Part shown: positions 19,552 to 30,800 of the stretch, piece by piece
Layout of the letters: each line of letters begins with the position of its first letter
How positions within the stretch are numbered: position 1 is the stretch's first letter
Source of the DNA: Trichomonas gallinae
Lineage: Eukaryota
NCBI GenBank assembly: GCA_008369845.1
Contig: MRSU01000422.1
Location: 1-53,339, forward strand
Length of the DNA: 53,339 bases
Direction of reading: 5' to 3'
Translations under genes and position numbers: made by a program
Notes under the pieces: generated by a model
The model's database searches: none
What the model saw: the letters and a program-made list of their open reading frames with translations, nothing else
Told to the model about the DNA's origin: nothing

Positions 19552-22500
19552 ATGACAATTAAATCAATGTATGATGATCTACAAATTTCACTTATCTCGT
19601 GGTCAAACATGAGCCTCCCGCATGTGGAATGCTCTGCACTACACACAATCGACTTATCGAAGAAAAAACTGAGATATTCATTTTTAGATGATAAACCTGT
19701 ATACGGCATCATCGCTTTTGGCTGCTATTCCGGTGAGCTTATCAGATTTCTTATGCTCAGTGGAGATGTTAAGCCTGCTTCTGTATCATTCGCTCATAAA
19801 TCAAAAATCATTGCGATTGGCGATTGCAATTTTCACAAAAACTCATACGTTATAGCTTCGTTATCATTCGATGGATTACTTTGCCTCTGGTCTGTGCAAG
19901 ATGGCCTCTGTTTAGGCAAATATACAGATGTTTTTCCATCTGGCTGCCAATTGATGGCGACATCCGATGAAACAATCGTCGTATCTGGTAGCTTCCCCAA
20001 TGTTTACATATTTAACACGTCAGCTGAATCCGTCACCAAAATTTTACATCCACATTACAGTTTTACTGCTGGAATTGGCATTATTCCGAGTGGAAAGTGC
20101 AAGGTATTGTTCCTTGTCGACTCAAAAGGCACTGTTACCTATGCATCTGTTGATCCAAATCTCAAACAAACGTCGAAATATCAATTACTCGATCCCAACA
20201 ATGTCGTAATCAGATCTTTTCCATCACCATCGTTCAAATTCTTGCTTACTTTGTACGAAGACTCATTTTCAATCACAGATCTCACTGCCGTCGGATTTCC
20301 AAGCATAAATACACCATACAAAGATATCAATACAGCTACTTGGATCGATGACTCTACTTTTGGGGTTCTTTCTTATTCTGGTTCTTATACTCAATATGAA
20401 GTTACCGATAAATACGATGAAAACGCAGAGAGTTCTACAGAAGAAGAGGAGTACTATGAAGAAGAGGCAGAAGATGAGGTCCATGAATCGCCGTACGCTG
20501 AATATGAAGAAGTTCTTAACCCTCCTCAAGATCCTGAACCAGAACCAAATCCAGCTGCTTCACATATCGATTACTTATACTCACAGCTCACGAAAGATCT
20601 TTCTTATCCAGATGCCGAAATTTTTGGCAGAAACCGCAACGATTTCAACAGTTCTTTGATTGCCCTCAAACGCAATAACCTCCACATTGACGAATTGTAC
20701 ACAGCAAAAGGCACTTTCCCATTTGGTTTTCTCACATCGTTCAAGAAAGAGATTATTGCTGGCTTTAATGACACAGTTATCTTCCTTTCCAACAACTTCG
20801 ACGAATTCTCACTCGGTCAGATATTCGAAACAGGCCCTCGCCGTACAACTGCTCAATGCTTGAATATTCAAAACGACATGGTTAAGGAAATAATCGATGG
20901 AACAGAGGATGGATCAATTATTTTCTACGATCTTCACACTCAGCAGACAACTATTCAAGAAAATGTCCACAAAGGCAGAATTAACGAAATTTGCACATAC
21001 GAAAATCATCTTTTTTCAGCTGGCGACGACAACTCATTAGTTGTAACAAACCTAGACACGAAGAAGCCTGTTAAAGTCTTCCAGCACTTCATGTCAAGAA
21101 TCACGCAGTTTTTGAGGCCGCAGGGTAAGATAAGGAAGCCTTTCTGCGACTTTTTATTCTGCTTGACTGAGTTTGGCGCCATATCAGTCATAGACACGAA
21201 GCAGCTCGAGAATGTCTTCAACATGACAGGCCACGACGGCGATGTCACGTCAATCATGATACATCCACTCTCGGGAATGTTGATAGTCAACGCGAAATCA
21301 CTTTTCTTCTGGTCACTTCACTCAGGCAACCTCGAGAGCATATTGAGGGGCAACAGGAAGGAGATATACCTCAAAGACGCAGAAAGGAACAACATTCCAG
21401 TCAAGCCTATCCAGGATTTCGTGAACGGAATCTGCTACGAGCAGTTATTGTTCGGCGGAAATTCTCTGAGAGTTATCGACGTCAACATTAAAACAGTTTC
21501 CACACAAATACACAACTATCTTCAAGAAAACGCGAGCAAAGATTTGAAGACGACTATTGCCGATTTCCCTAACCTTGGCTTGATGACTGAAGTCTTCTCG
21601 ACATTCGTCTGCGACTTCCTCAAGAAAGAGATAGGTAAAGATTACGGCCACTACTTCAACATCTGCTTCGTCGGAGATTCCAGAGTCCACACTGTCAACC
21701 TCATCAAGCAGAAGAACCACAACGACATCTGGACATTCTCGAGCGAAGTCTCATCTATGATTTTGTCGATGAGAATTCTGCTGTCTATTGCAATGAGGGT
21801 GCATCCAGCCCTCAAAGATTTGATGGACCAACTGATCAATCAGCACACAATCAATATTTCATCAACAATCAAGCACTTTAAGAGCCCGAGCATCAAGTCT
21901 CTGTTCAAGTATTTCATGAACTGCGGCCCTATAATCATCAACTACCTCATGGAGATGATCGAATTGTATCCAGAAGAGGTCAGAAAGAAGTGGGTCGCTT
22001 ACTTGATGTACGTGGAAGGTGTCACATCATACAGAAGAGATTTAATTGCCACAGCTTGGGTTTCTGTCTCAACAACATTACTGCAGCACATGTCTGACTC
22101 AGAGCTCAAACTGACGATCGACAAAGCGGAGAAACTCGTTGTAGAAAGAGAGGGAACAGAATACAAGAAATTCATCCCAGAAGTGTTGTACAGGTACATA
22201 GAGAAATTCAGAGATTTACCAGGAGTTTCTGACAAGTTAATCAAAATTTTGGTCACGACTGATTATTCCGCGAGCATGGACTTGAGCAGATTATTCAACG
22301 CGGCCCCAATTGGCTTCTTGATGTGCATCAGGGATATGTCGAGCGAAGGCAAGGATGACATTGCGAAGAAATTGATTGACGTCGTTATTAATCACATTCT
22401 CCAAGAAAAAGTGCGCGATGACATTTTGTTCCAGATGATTCAGACAATTATCGGATGCTCGAAGGAGAAAATGATTGACCACATCCACAAGTCACTCAAG

Positions 22501-22797
22501 GCTCTCTCTGCAAGGCACCAATGGTTCCACTATAACCAAGAATTGCATATTATTGCATATGGAAATAACTTAGGAACACTTTTCGTTACCAAGAAACTCA
22601 ACACTGGATATAGGTCATCCGTTTTGTCGCTCGCAAAAGAGCCAATCTCTGCTGTTTCAAGTGATTCTAATGGAAATCTTTCTGTTCTCTGCAGCAAATC
22701 GAGCACTTTATTCGAAATTGGAATCAAGATCATTGATGACACAGAGCACATACAGTTAGATGTCCTTACACAGAAAACAGCAAAATTCGCTGAATAG
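19552..22797 (+). CDS. WD40 protein, WDR7/WDR72 (rabconnectin-3 beta)-like
   Basis: IASLSFDGLLCLWSVQDGLCL, GTEDGSIIFYDL, HKGRI...LFSAGDDNSL, GHDGDVTSI...LFFWSLHSGNLESILRG, then a helical region and a C-terminal IAYGNNLG WD blade; this matches WDR7 architecture. Confidence 0.7.
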   Translation: MTIKSMYDDLQISLISWSNMSLPHVECSALHTIDLSKKKLRYSFLDDKPVYGIIAFGCYSGELIRFLMLSGDVKPASVSFAHKSKIIAIGDCNFHKNSYVIASLSFDGLLCLWSVQDGLCLGKYTDVFPSGCQLMATSDETIVVSGSFPNVYIFNTSAESVTKILHPHYSFTAGIGIIPSGKCKVLFLVDSKGTVTYASVDPNLKQTSKYQLLDPNNVVIRSFPSPSFKFLLTLYEDSFSITDLTAVGFPSINTPYKDINTATWIDDSTFGVLSYSGSYTQYEVTDKYDENAESSTEEEEYYEEEAEDEVHESPYAEYEEVLNPPQDPEPEPNPAASHIDYLYSQLTKDLSYPDAEIFGRNRNDFNSSLIALKRNNLHIDELYTAKGTFPFGFLTSFKKEIIAGFNDTVIFLSNNFDEFSLGQIFETGPRRTTAQCLNIQNDMVKEIIDGTEDGSIIFYDLHTQQTTIQENVHKGRINEICTYENHLFSAGDDNSLVVTNLDTKKPVKVFQHFMSRITQFLRPQGKIRKPFCDFLFCLTEFGAISVIDTKQLENVFNMTGHDGDVTSIMIHPLSGMLIVNAKSLFFWSLHSGNLESILRGNRKEIYLKDAERNNIPVKPIQDFVNGICYEQLLFGGNSLRVIDVNIKTVSTQIHNYLQENASKDLKTTIADFPNLGLMTEVFSTFVCDFLKKEIGKDYGHYFNICFVGDSRVHTVNLIKQKNHNDIWTFSSEVSSMILSMRILLSIAMRVHPALKDLMDQLINQHTINISSTIKHFKSPSIKSLFKYFMNCGPIIINYLMEMIELYPEEVRKKWVAYLMYVEGVTSYRRDLIATAWVSVSTTLLQHMSDSELKLTIDKAEKLVVEREGTEYKKFIPEVLYRYIEKFRDLPGVSDKLIKILVTTDYSASMDLSRLFNAAPIGFLMCIRDMSSEGKDDIAKKLIDVVINHILQEKVRDDILFQMIQTIIGCSKEKMIDHIHKSLKALSARHQWFHYNQELHIIAYGNNLGTLFVTKKLNTGYRSSVLSLAKEPISAVSSDSNGNLSVLCSKSSTLFEIGIKIIDDTEHIQLDVLTQKTAKFAE

Positions 22798-23260
22798 AAT
22801 TTAGTCTAATTTTATTTTTATGATTGTTTAAATTATCTATTATACTTAATATTTCATTTTTTATTCTTAATTTCCTTATTTTTTAACAAAATAAATTTGA
22901 TCAATTTGAAAAAATCAATAAATCGTTTATTTCTTTTATTGAAATTTCCTATTTTGTAATATATAGACGATTGACAATAAGACTTTTGTTCTAAGACAAA
23001 CATTTCCTTGGATTGTGCATATACATCTCAAAAAAAGAGTGGGAGGAAATATGTGATTCACAGTCCTCACTCAGAGTGTTCACTAAATTCGTTGAATTGG
23101 ATACAGACACATAAAAACATGTTTTTTAATTTGTTATATAAATTAAAAATAAGATTAATGAAAAATGAGTAAGTTAGAATAGAAATACATGGTATTTTAT
23201 TAAAAAACAGAGTAGAAGATATATCACAGGACCAAGGGATCTTAACGAAAAATAAGATTC

Positions 23261-23812
23261 TTAGATCAACTGAGGATTGAATGAAGAAAAGAATCCAGAG
23301 GACTTTGTTGGGACCTCAAAAGGAAGAACAGATACCTTTGGCTCTTCTTCTTCAGATGTTGTTTCATCAATCTGACTCTGTTGAACTTTCGGTGGCTCTA
23401 CCACTTTGAACACCATGTTATCAATGATAGGCTTTACAATGACCCAATGCTCAACGAACCAGCATTGCATTGCGACCTTATTTCTTTTCGAAATCCTGTC
23501 AACATGCAATGGGATCTTTTTAACTATTTGATCAGCAATCAACTTCAAGTCCTTGAAGTTAACTTTAGGTCCAAACTTAGATTCGAAGTACTTATTAACC
23601 ATGTTCAACATTGGTCCACACTTTCTAATCCTGGAATTAGTCATGTTTTGCTCTTGGATTGCTTGTTCGGACAAGTCGCTCCTCTTGCCGCTGCGGGGAA
23701 TGACATACACTGGATGTGGGAAGACAGGATACATAATGATTTTTTCTGAAGAGCCTTGAAAAGTTGTTTGAAAGAATTTTGCAACGTGTTTGTTAAATTG
23801 TCTTCCATTCAT
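23261..23812 (-). CDS. trichomonad-family small basic protein (DRxxKR...WFxEHW motif), putative DNA-binding
   Basis: KFGPKVNFKDLKLIADQI...VDRISKRNKVAMQCWFVEHWVIVKPII is a motif I recall from an expanded family of trichomonad hypothetical proteins; the function is inferred. Confidence 0.7.
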   Translation of the reverse strand: MNGRQFNKHVAKFFQTTFQGSSEKIIMYPVFPHPVYVIPRSGKRSDLSEQAIQEQNMTNSRIRKCGPMLNMVNKYFESKFGPKVNFKDLKLIADQIVKKIPLHVDRISKRNKVAMQCWFVEHWVIVKPIIDNMVFKVVEPPKVQQSQIDETTSEEEEPKVSVLPFEVPTKSSGFFSSFNPQLI

Positions 23813-25889
23813 ATATAGATTACAAATACCAAAGAATATAAATTTTATCGTTCTTTTGAGAGAGATTAAAACAACGTGCTTTAAAAAAGTTATGTTATTT
23901 GCTTTATATGTTGTAGTGATAATTATTCCAAAATTTCATTTACATTAAGAAAATAAACTAGTTATTTCTGATTCTTGTATGTTATATGGCATGTTTATTC
24001 TATAAAAAATTATTTTGAGAGGAATTTATCTTATGAATGATTTTTAACGACAAACTGAATAAAAGAGAAACCATCGAGCATGAAAATATCAAAAGAGGGT
24101 AATTTTTAAAAATTTGTGCTCACAAAAATGAATTTTATCGCAGATTCTATTAGAGATTGTAGTACATATCAGGAATTTCAAATAATTGCTACTTTTTATT
24201 AATTTTTTGAAAGAGAAAACGCGCATTTTATTTATTTTGGTCAGATAATACAATAGTGATGGAGAGTAACACATGATCTCGGTTTAATTTTTGGATAATT
24301 TTCAATTGGGATTTCTTATAGTTCAAATAGTCATGACTTAATGTGCTGAACCAAATATCTCGATTTTGCAATTTTTTCGGCCAAATAGGTATATTCAAAT
24401 GTATTTTTGAAGGAATTACTTTTCCATCCATGCTTGTGTATCGTCAGGAATTTGGAATATCCAGAAAAAAACATCTTAATTTCGACAACTGTTGCTTTTT
24501 CAATTGGCATAAAATTCACTATTGAAAAATTTTAAAAATTTTTCCTCATGGGATATACAGACAAACTTAAACTAATTGAAAAATTTGAATAGTAACGTGC
24601 TTGAACATTTTTGACAACCAACCATCCATGATTTTATTTGTTTTTATTGAACATCCGAGGTTTGTAGATAGCATACGGTAGTTTTGCTCATAAAATGTGG
24701 GACCATTTCATTGAATTTAGTAAAATTCCAGAATAACGTGCTGATTCTCCAATAAACCATGCGTGTTGCAGTCACGTAATTGCATTTTTTCTAATAAATT
24801 CCAAATTTTTGCAAAGTTTTATGATCCGAAGTTGTTGTAAATTGTGTTAAACGACCACTGTCATTGTTATAAACAGCCATCAATGCGAATGATAATTAAA
24901 CGCCTCTGAAGCAATCGAGTGTGATCATTAGAGTTGCTAATTAATAATGTTGGGACATCTTCAAAATGAATCACACCGGCAACCTAAATCTTGATGGATT
25001 TCATACATGGAAAATGCTCATAGTGGGTGAGTTAATGGTTATCCATGAAAATCGTTGTCCTTATCAGATGCGATCAACTGATCGAAAAATTTTCCTTCAT
25101 AATTATCGGATATTAGGACCGTATTTTATTATTATGACGAGCGTAATTATTTTTATCAGATTGACTCCTGGAAATAAGGCAATCGATCAAAAAATGTTGA
25201 ATTCAATCGATTGGCCATCGTGCACGTTAAAATGAAATAAGTGCAATCCAACAGATTGTTCTAGAATACGAAAACTTTCTAAATATCAGATTTTGTCGCT
25301 CAATTTGAATTCAATCTGTGAAAAATTCATATTGGGAAAAAATATCATAAAAATCATATTAAACTACTATAATATATGCACTACATCATAAATTTTTTCA
25401 AAAATACTTGTGTTTGAAGGTTATCGCTCAATAAACTGACTGTTAACACATAAAATGACTTATAATTCTATATATAAACCAGCGCAAAACATGAAGAAGA
25501 ACCAAAATCAGCTTATTATCCAGTAAAACTCTTTAATAATTTTCATCCATTATATTATCTACTCTTGGGAAGGCTTTAACGAGCAATCCGCATGATATGC
25601 ATACTACAATCAGAATGCTCTTATATAACGAATCAACGGACATATCATACAGTAATACAAATTATTAATCGCATTGTTCGTTTACAATGCGCTATTGCAC
25701 TGACAGATTATATTCCTTTGATGATAATCTACACAACAAACACAACCATGTTTTATAGTGAAACTATTGATTCGGTTATATCAGTTGTACTCAAAAGCAC
25801 ATAGAATTTAGTTCCACTCTACATGACATAAATTTATAATTTGTATTAAAATTTTGATTTTTACATGTCATTTTTAGATCAATCGGAGT

Positions 25890-26331
25890 TTACATGTCAA
25901 TTTTTGATAATAATGTAAAATCTTAAACTAAATTGGTCATTAATGGATTTTAAAGAGAATCAAACAAAGAAACAGTTTTTGCGAACAATAAGCCAAATTC
26001 TATCGTCATGAACAAACTGATTTTAAAAATATGACAAACGCTCGGTTAATCTTCCTATTATGACAAAATATTAAAGTAGGGACTATGTATATAACAAAGA
26101 TAATTTTACATGTCAAAATTTGATAAAAATGTAAAAACAAAAAATAAATTGATCAATAATAAGAACGCTAGAATACCAATTATATGAATAGTTTTTTTGT
26201 ACAAAAAGTAAAATCCTATCGTACTCAACAAACTGATTTTAAAAATATGACAATGATGCGGTTAGTCTTGGGTTTATGGCAAAATATTAATGTAGGAACT
26301 ATGTGTATAACGAAGTTAATTTTACATGTCA
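25890..26331 (+). repeat. degenerate tandem duplication, 216-bp period (2 units plus the start of a third)
   Basis: TTACATGTCAA at 25890, 26106 and 26322; AACAAACTGATTTTAAAAATATGACAA identical at 26011 and 26227; further matched blocks at the same offset. Confidence 0.9.
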
Positions 26332-26506
26332 AAAAACCAAAAACGTGACAAGTATAATTAAATGCATAAAAAGGTTTCATTTTTGCAAAACTTGATAATA
26401 AGCGAGAATAAAATCCATGGATAAACTTTGATTTTTTTGTAAATGAAATTTATGTAAACTATTGAAAAAAATTCATAAGAAAAACCGCAAATAATGTCAA
26501 AAATAA

Positions 26507-27091
26507 ATGCATTCCACAGATCCGCCTATTTGCAGACGCTGCAAGTGTGGCAACGTTGTGGTCAGTGGTAATCATTTTTCGAGGATATACAAAACAGGAT
26601 TGAGTGAGACAATCCAAAATGTCGTTGCACATAACACAGAGCCATTGATTCAAATTAGATCAATGGGAATAGCGATCGATCAACCGGATCAAATGGCCTT
26701 TCAGAAACAATCAGATGTACAGTGCTCAATATATTGCTTGAAATGTCAAGATTCGCTTATCATGTATCTTGGCCGTAGTTTGGCTTTCGCGCAATTCAAA
26801 AGATTTGGACCTAAGTCGAAACCACAGTTCAGCTCAGCCTTCCCTGTACAGAGAAGCCCGTCTGCAAGCTCGATTCCAAGACCATTCAGAGGATTAATTA
26901 TGTACAATGAGTCGCACGAGGACACATATGCGCAAAACGACGACGATGATGAAGGAGATGCCATCTCACCACTCCCACAGCCAGAATTAATGCAGGAGGA
27001 AGATGATGATTTCGACATCATGTTTTCTAACACTAGAGATCCTGTTGTAGGATCATATACAGAGTCATCAATGGCGATGACTTTTATTTGA
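26507..27091 (+). CDS. hypothetical Cys-containing protein (possible Mss4/GFA-like zinc-binding domain, acidic tail)
   Basis: CRRCKCGNV near the N-terminus and CSIYCLKC about 60 aa later; acidic C-terminus. TGTCAAAA lies ~12 nt upstream of the ATG. Confidence 0.7.
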   Translation: MHSTDPPICRRCKCGNVVVSGNHFSRIYKTGLSETIQNVVAHNTEPLIQIRSMGIAIDQPDQMAFQKQSDVQCSIYCLKCQDSLIMYLGRSLAFAQFKRFGPKSKPQFSSAFPVQRSPSASSIPRPFRGLIMYNESHEDTYAQNDDDDEGDAISPLPQPELMQEEDDDFDIMFSNTRDPVVGSYTESSMAMTFI

Positions 27092-27828
27092 TATCACGAA
27101 AGTGAAAAATACACTCAATTCTTATTTGTTAAAATTAAAAAATATACGATGTTTATATGAAATCAAAGCTATGTATAGTATTCGAATACCACAATCTATA
27201 TCATGCATTTGTGATCACTCATTAAACTATTTTTAATATCTATTTTATTTTTCTTTATCCGCTAGTATTTTTATTCATATACATTTTATAAGCACACGAT
27301 AGAGAGTATCACAGCAAATTTTGAGAGTTTGATCATAAATTAATTGTGAGTTTGAATTATCATAAGGTGAAAACAGCCTATTCGTGGAAGTATATGATCG
27401 AGGAAAGACTAAAAAGACATATTTTAGTTTAAATAAGATTCAAAACAAATTGAATCTAAAATTTTTCCAAAAAAGGAGGATAAAAGGCAGAATTTTCAAC
27501 ACAAAATAATTATTATGTGGTACTGATGCATGAAGTGGTTATTAAAGCAATTTTTGAGCTTTTTCGTCAATTTGATTTCTAAAAATCTTTGCCTCACGCA
27601 TCTAATGGACATAAATTTAAGTTCTCCTGTTTGATGGCACTCTATATGTCTGAACCATCGGCTTTTAACATTCACATAATAAAAATCGACCAATCATTGG
27701 AACCATTTCATTATAGAATAGTTCTAATACATCTTATATTAATAAACATCACATCAAAACTCGCTTATAAAAATTTTTTTTGATAAAATTATAAAATCAA
27801 TTAAAAACATTTTATTAATACATATATA

Positions 27829-30800
27829 TTATATATCTGACTCAAATTCTTGAAGTGAGTGGTCTTCCTCTATTGCCGCTGACTTCATTGGAGATTCATT
27901 GAATGAACTTTCGAAATATGAGAATGGAGTTGATCCGTCAACGCCACTCGTGACATTTTCGCCATTCCTATCCCTAAGCAGTGGAACACTGTGTACTTCG
28001 TGATCGAATCCTACACTTTTGACTGATCTCACTTCTTCGTAGATTTTTTTCTCTTCTTGAGTTTGCATTTCAAATGCATCATCAAACTTATCATCTTCTA
28101 ATGTCCTCACTTCAACTGGTGGCTTCACTGGAGCATCTTCAGTAAAAGGATCCTCTTTATTTTCTTCATTTTCTTCCTCTAATTTTTTCTCATCCTCTTT
28201 TTTATTTTCATTTTCTTGTTCATCATTTTTTGTTTCATCTTTTTCTTCTTCATGCTTTTCTTCAGGTTGTATATCTTCTTCATTTTTAGATTCTTCTTTA
28301 TCTTCTTCATGCTTTTCTTCATTATCTTGTTTGATTTCCACATTGTCTGGATGTATTCGATTTTCTTCTTTTTCTGATTCAACTTTTTCTTCTTCCTTAT
28401 TTTCATTTTCAGTTTTATTTTCTTCGTCTTGTTTGCTTTCTTGTACATCCTCATTATTTGGCTTATCACTCTCTTTGCTGGATTTATCATCTTCATTATT
28501 CAGTTTTTCATCATTATTTGATTTTTCGTCGTTTTGATTTTCTTCAGATTTGTTTTGGCTATTTTCAGGTTGTGTAATGATGCTGTCTGGCATGTACTTC
28601 TTGAGCTCATCTGGATTTGGTTCGAGGTTATTTGAGACTTGGAGCTCGAAGTTTCTGTCTTCGCCGTCGTCTTCAAGATTTAGGACGTCAGATAAGTTGA
28701 ATTCCTGAAGATTTGGGTTTGGTGAATCAACGATTGCGTCAGGTGAAAACTCAGTGTTGAGCGACATTATCTCATCGGATGCATGCGGTTGAACAGTGTT
28801 GAAATGGAACTGAACGGAACCAGTTGATTTAAGTGCTTGTTCGAGTTCTCTGAACTTTGGATCTTTCTCATAGTTTTCTTTTGTGTTTTCGTTTATTTTC
28901 TCATCATTTGATTTTTCTTCAGCCTTTTCTTCATTGTCTTGTTTATCCTCTTCAGCTTTTTTTTGCTCATCATTTTCTTGCTTAGCTTCCTCAGTTTTCT
29001 CTTCTTTTGCAGATTCTTCGTTTTTATCATTTGATTTTTCTTCCTCGATTTTTTCTTCATCATCCGGTTTTGGTGCATTTTCTTGATTGTCCTCTTCTTT
29101 TGTGGCTTCTTCTTCAACGTGGATTTCTTTTTCAGCTGGCTTCTCTTCTGCTTCTTCTGGCTCAACAGACAAAGAACGAGAAATTATTTTACCTAGACTC
29201 AGTGGGTTGTTCTGTGGTACTTCTTGTTTTTCTTCTTTGTCGGATTCATCATTTTCGTGCTTTGAGCTTTGCTCAGCAATTTCTTCTTGTTTTTCTTCTT
29301 TCTTTTCTAGCATTAAAGCAGCTTTTATCAAACCTCCTAAGCCAAGTTTTGGCTTCTCTTCCTCTTTGTTTGACTCAAATGCATCCAAGTCATCATCTTC
29401 CTTTTTGTCTTCCTCCTTCTTTGGTTCTTCAGCCTGCTTCTTATCTTCTTCCTCCTTATCTGGCTTTGTTTCCATTTCTTCCTTATTTGGCTCTTCGATT
29501 TCTTTCTTCTCTTCTTCCTTTTCTTCTGGTTTTGCATCAAAGTTTGTCAATGCTCCAGTCAATGATTCTTTGATTGTTTCTTCTTTCGGTTCTGTTTCTT
29601 CAGCATTATCTGGTTCTTCGATGAAATCTTCTTTCTTTTCTGACTCTGACTTCTTTTCTTCACCTTTTTGTTCTGATTCGAGAGATTTTTCCTTGACTTC
29701 ATCTTGATGCTCAGATTCATGGGATTTATCATCTTCTTTTTCTTCTTCTTTAACTAGCTCATCATTATTTTCTTCTAAGTTTTCTTCTTTGTCTGTTTCT
29801 TGTTTCTTTTCTGATTCGTGTGCTTCTTTTTCATCTGGTTCCTCGCTGTGATTTGACTCGAAGTCATTGTCGAATGCATCTGACTTTATTGCTTTTTCTT
29901 CTTGTTTTTGTTCTTCTTTCTTGTCTGCAATTAAAGCATGTTTAATCAAATTGCCTAAGCTAAGATTTGGTTTTTCTTCTTTTGGTTTTTCACTATCGGA
30001 ATGCAACTTTTCCTTTTCATCTTCTGATTTGTGAGTCTCTACTTCTTGCTTTTCTTCCTTTTCTGATTTTTCTTCTTGCTTGTTTTCAGAAACATGCTCT
30101 TCTTTGTTTTCGACACTGATGTGTTTTTCTTGTTCTGACTCTTTTTCTTCTGCAAAAGCATCTGATTGTTCATTCTTTTCTTCCTTATTTGATTCTTCTT
30201 TCTTTTCACTTTCGCAACTTGATGATGAAGAATAAGACTTAGATTCAAATGCATCCTTTTCATCAGAGAATTCTCTAGTTTCTGTTTCCTTCTCGTCATC
30301 ATTTGACTCGAATGCATCTTTTTTGTTTTCTTCTTCTTTCTTGTTTTCACTAGATTCAAAATCATCATCTTTCTTTTCTTTTTCAGATTCCTTCTTATCA
30401 TCACTTGATTCTTTGCTTTCTTTGTCTTTCTTTTCTTCATTCGACTCAAAAGCATCATCATTTGACTCTTTCTTATCCGATTCTGTCTTCTCTGAGTTTG
30501 ATTCGAATGCATCTTCCTTCTTTTCATCACTAGATTCCTTCTTTTCAGAATTTGATTCGAAATCATCATTTTCTTTCTTTTCTGAGCTCGACTCTTTCTT
30601 ATACTCACTGGACTCAAATGCATCATCTTTCTTTTCTATATTTGGCTCAAATTCGACTTTCTTTTCTGTTTCTTTCTTTTGTTCGTCATCTTTTTCGAAT
30701 TCATCGCTGAATTCTTTTTCTTCGAGTTTAGATGATTCTTTCTTCTCACTCAGCTTTAATGACTCTTTTTCACTGTGTTTAGACTGTTCTGAAGAAAATC

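Noticed and set aside
25670..25691. 8-bp stem hairpin CGCATTGT-TCGTTT-ACAATGCG
   Set aside because: Short and isolated, compatible with chance.
24966..25804. Short ORFs (89 aa, 70 aa) in the long intergenic region, and those at 27496-27783 and 52669-53145
   Set aside because: Atypical amino-acid composition, no recognisable motif, no coding-like codon bias.
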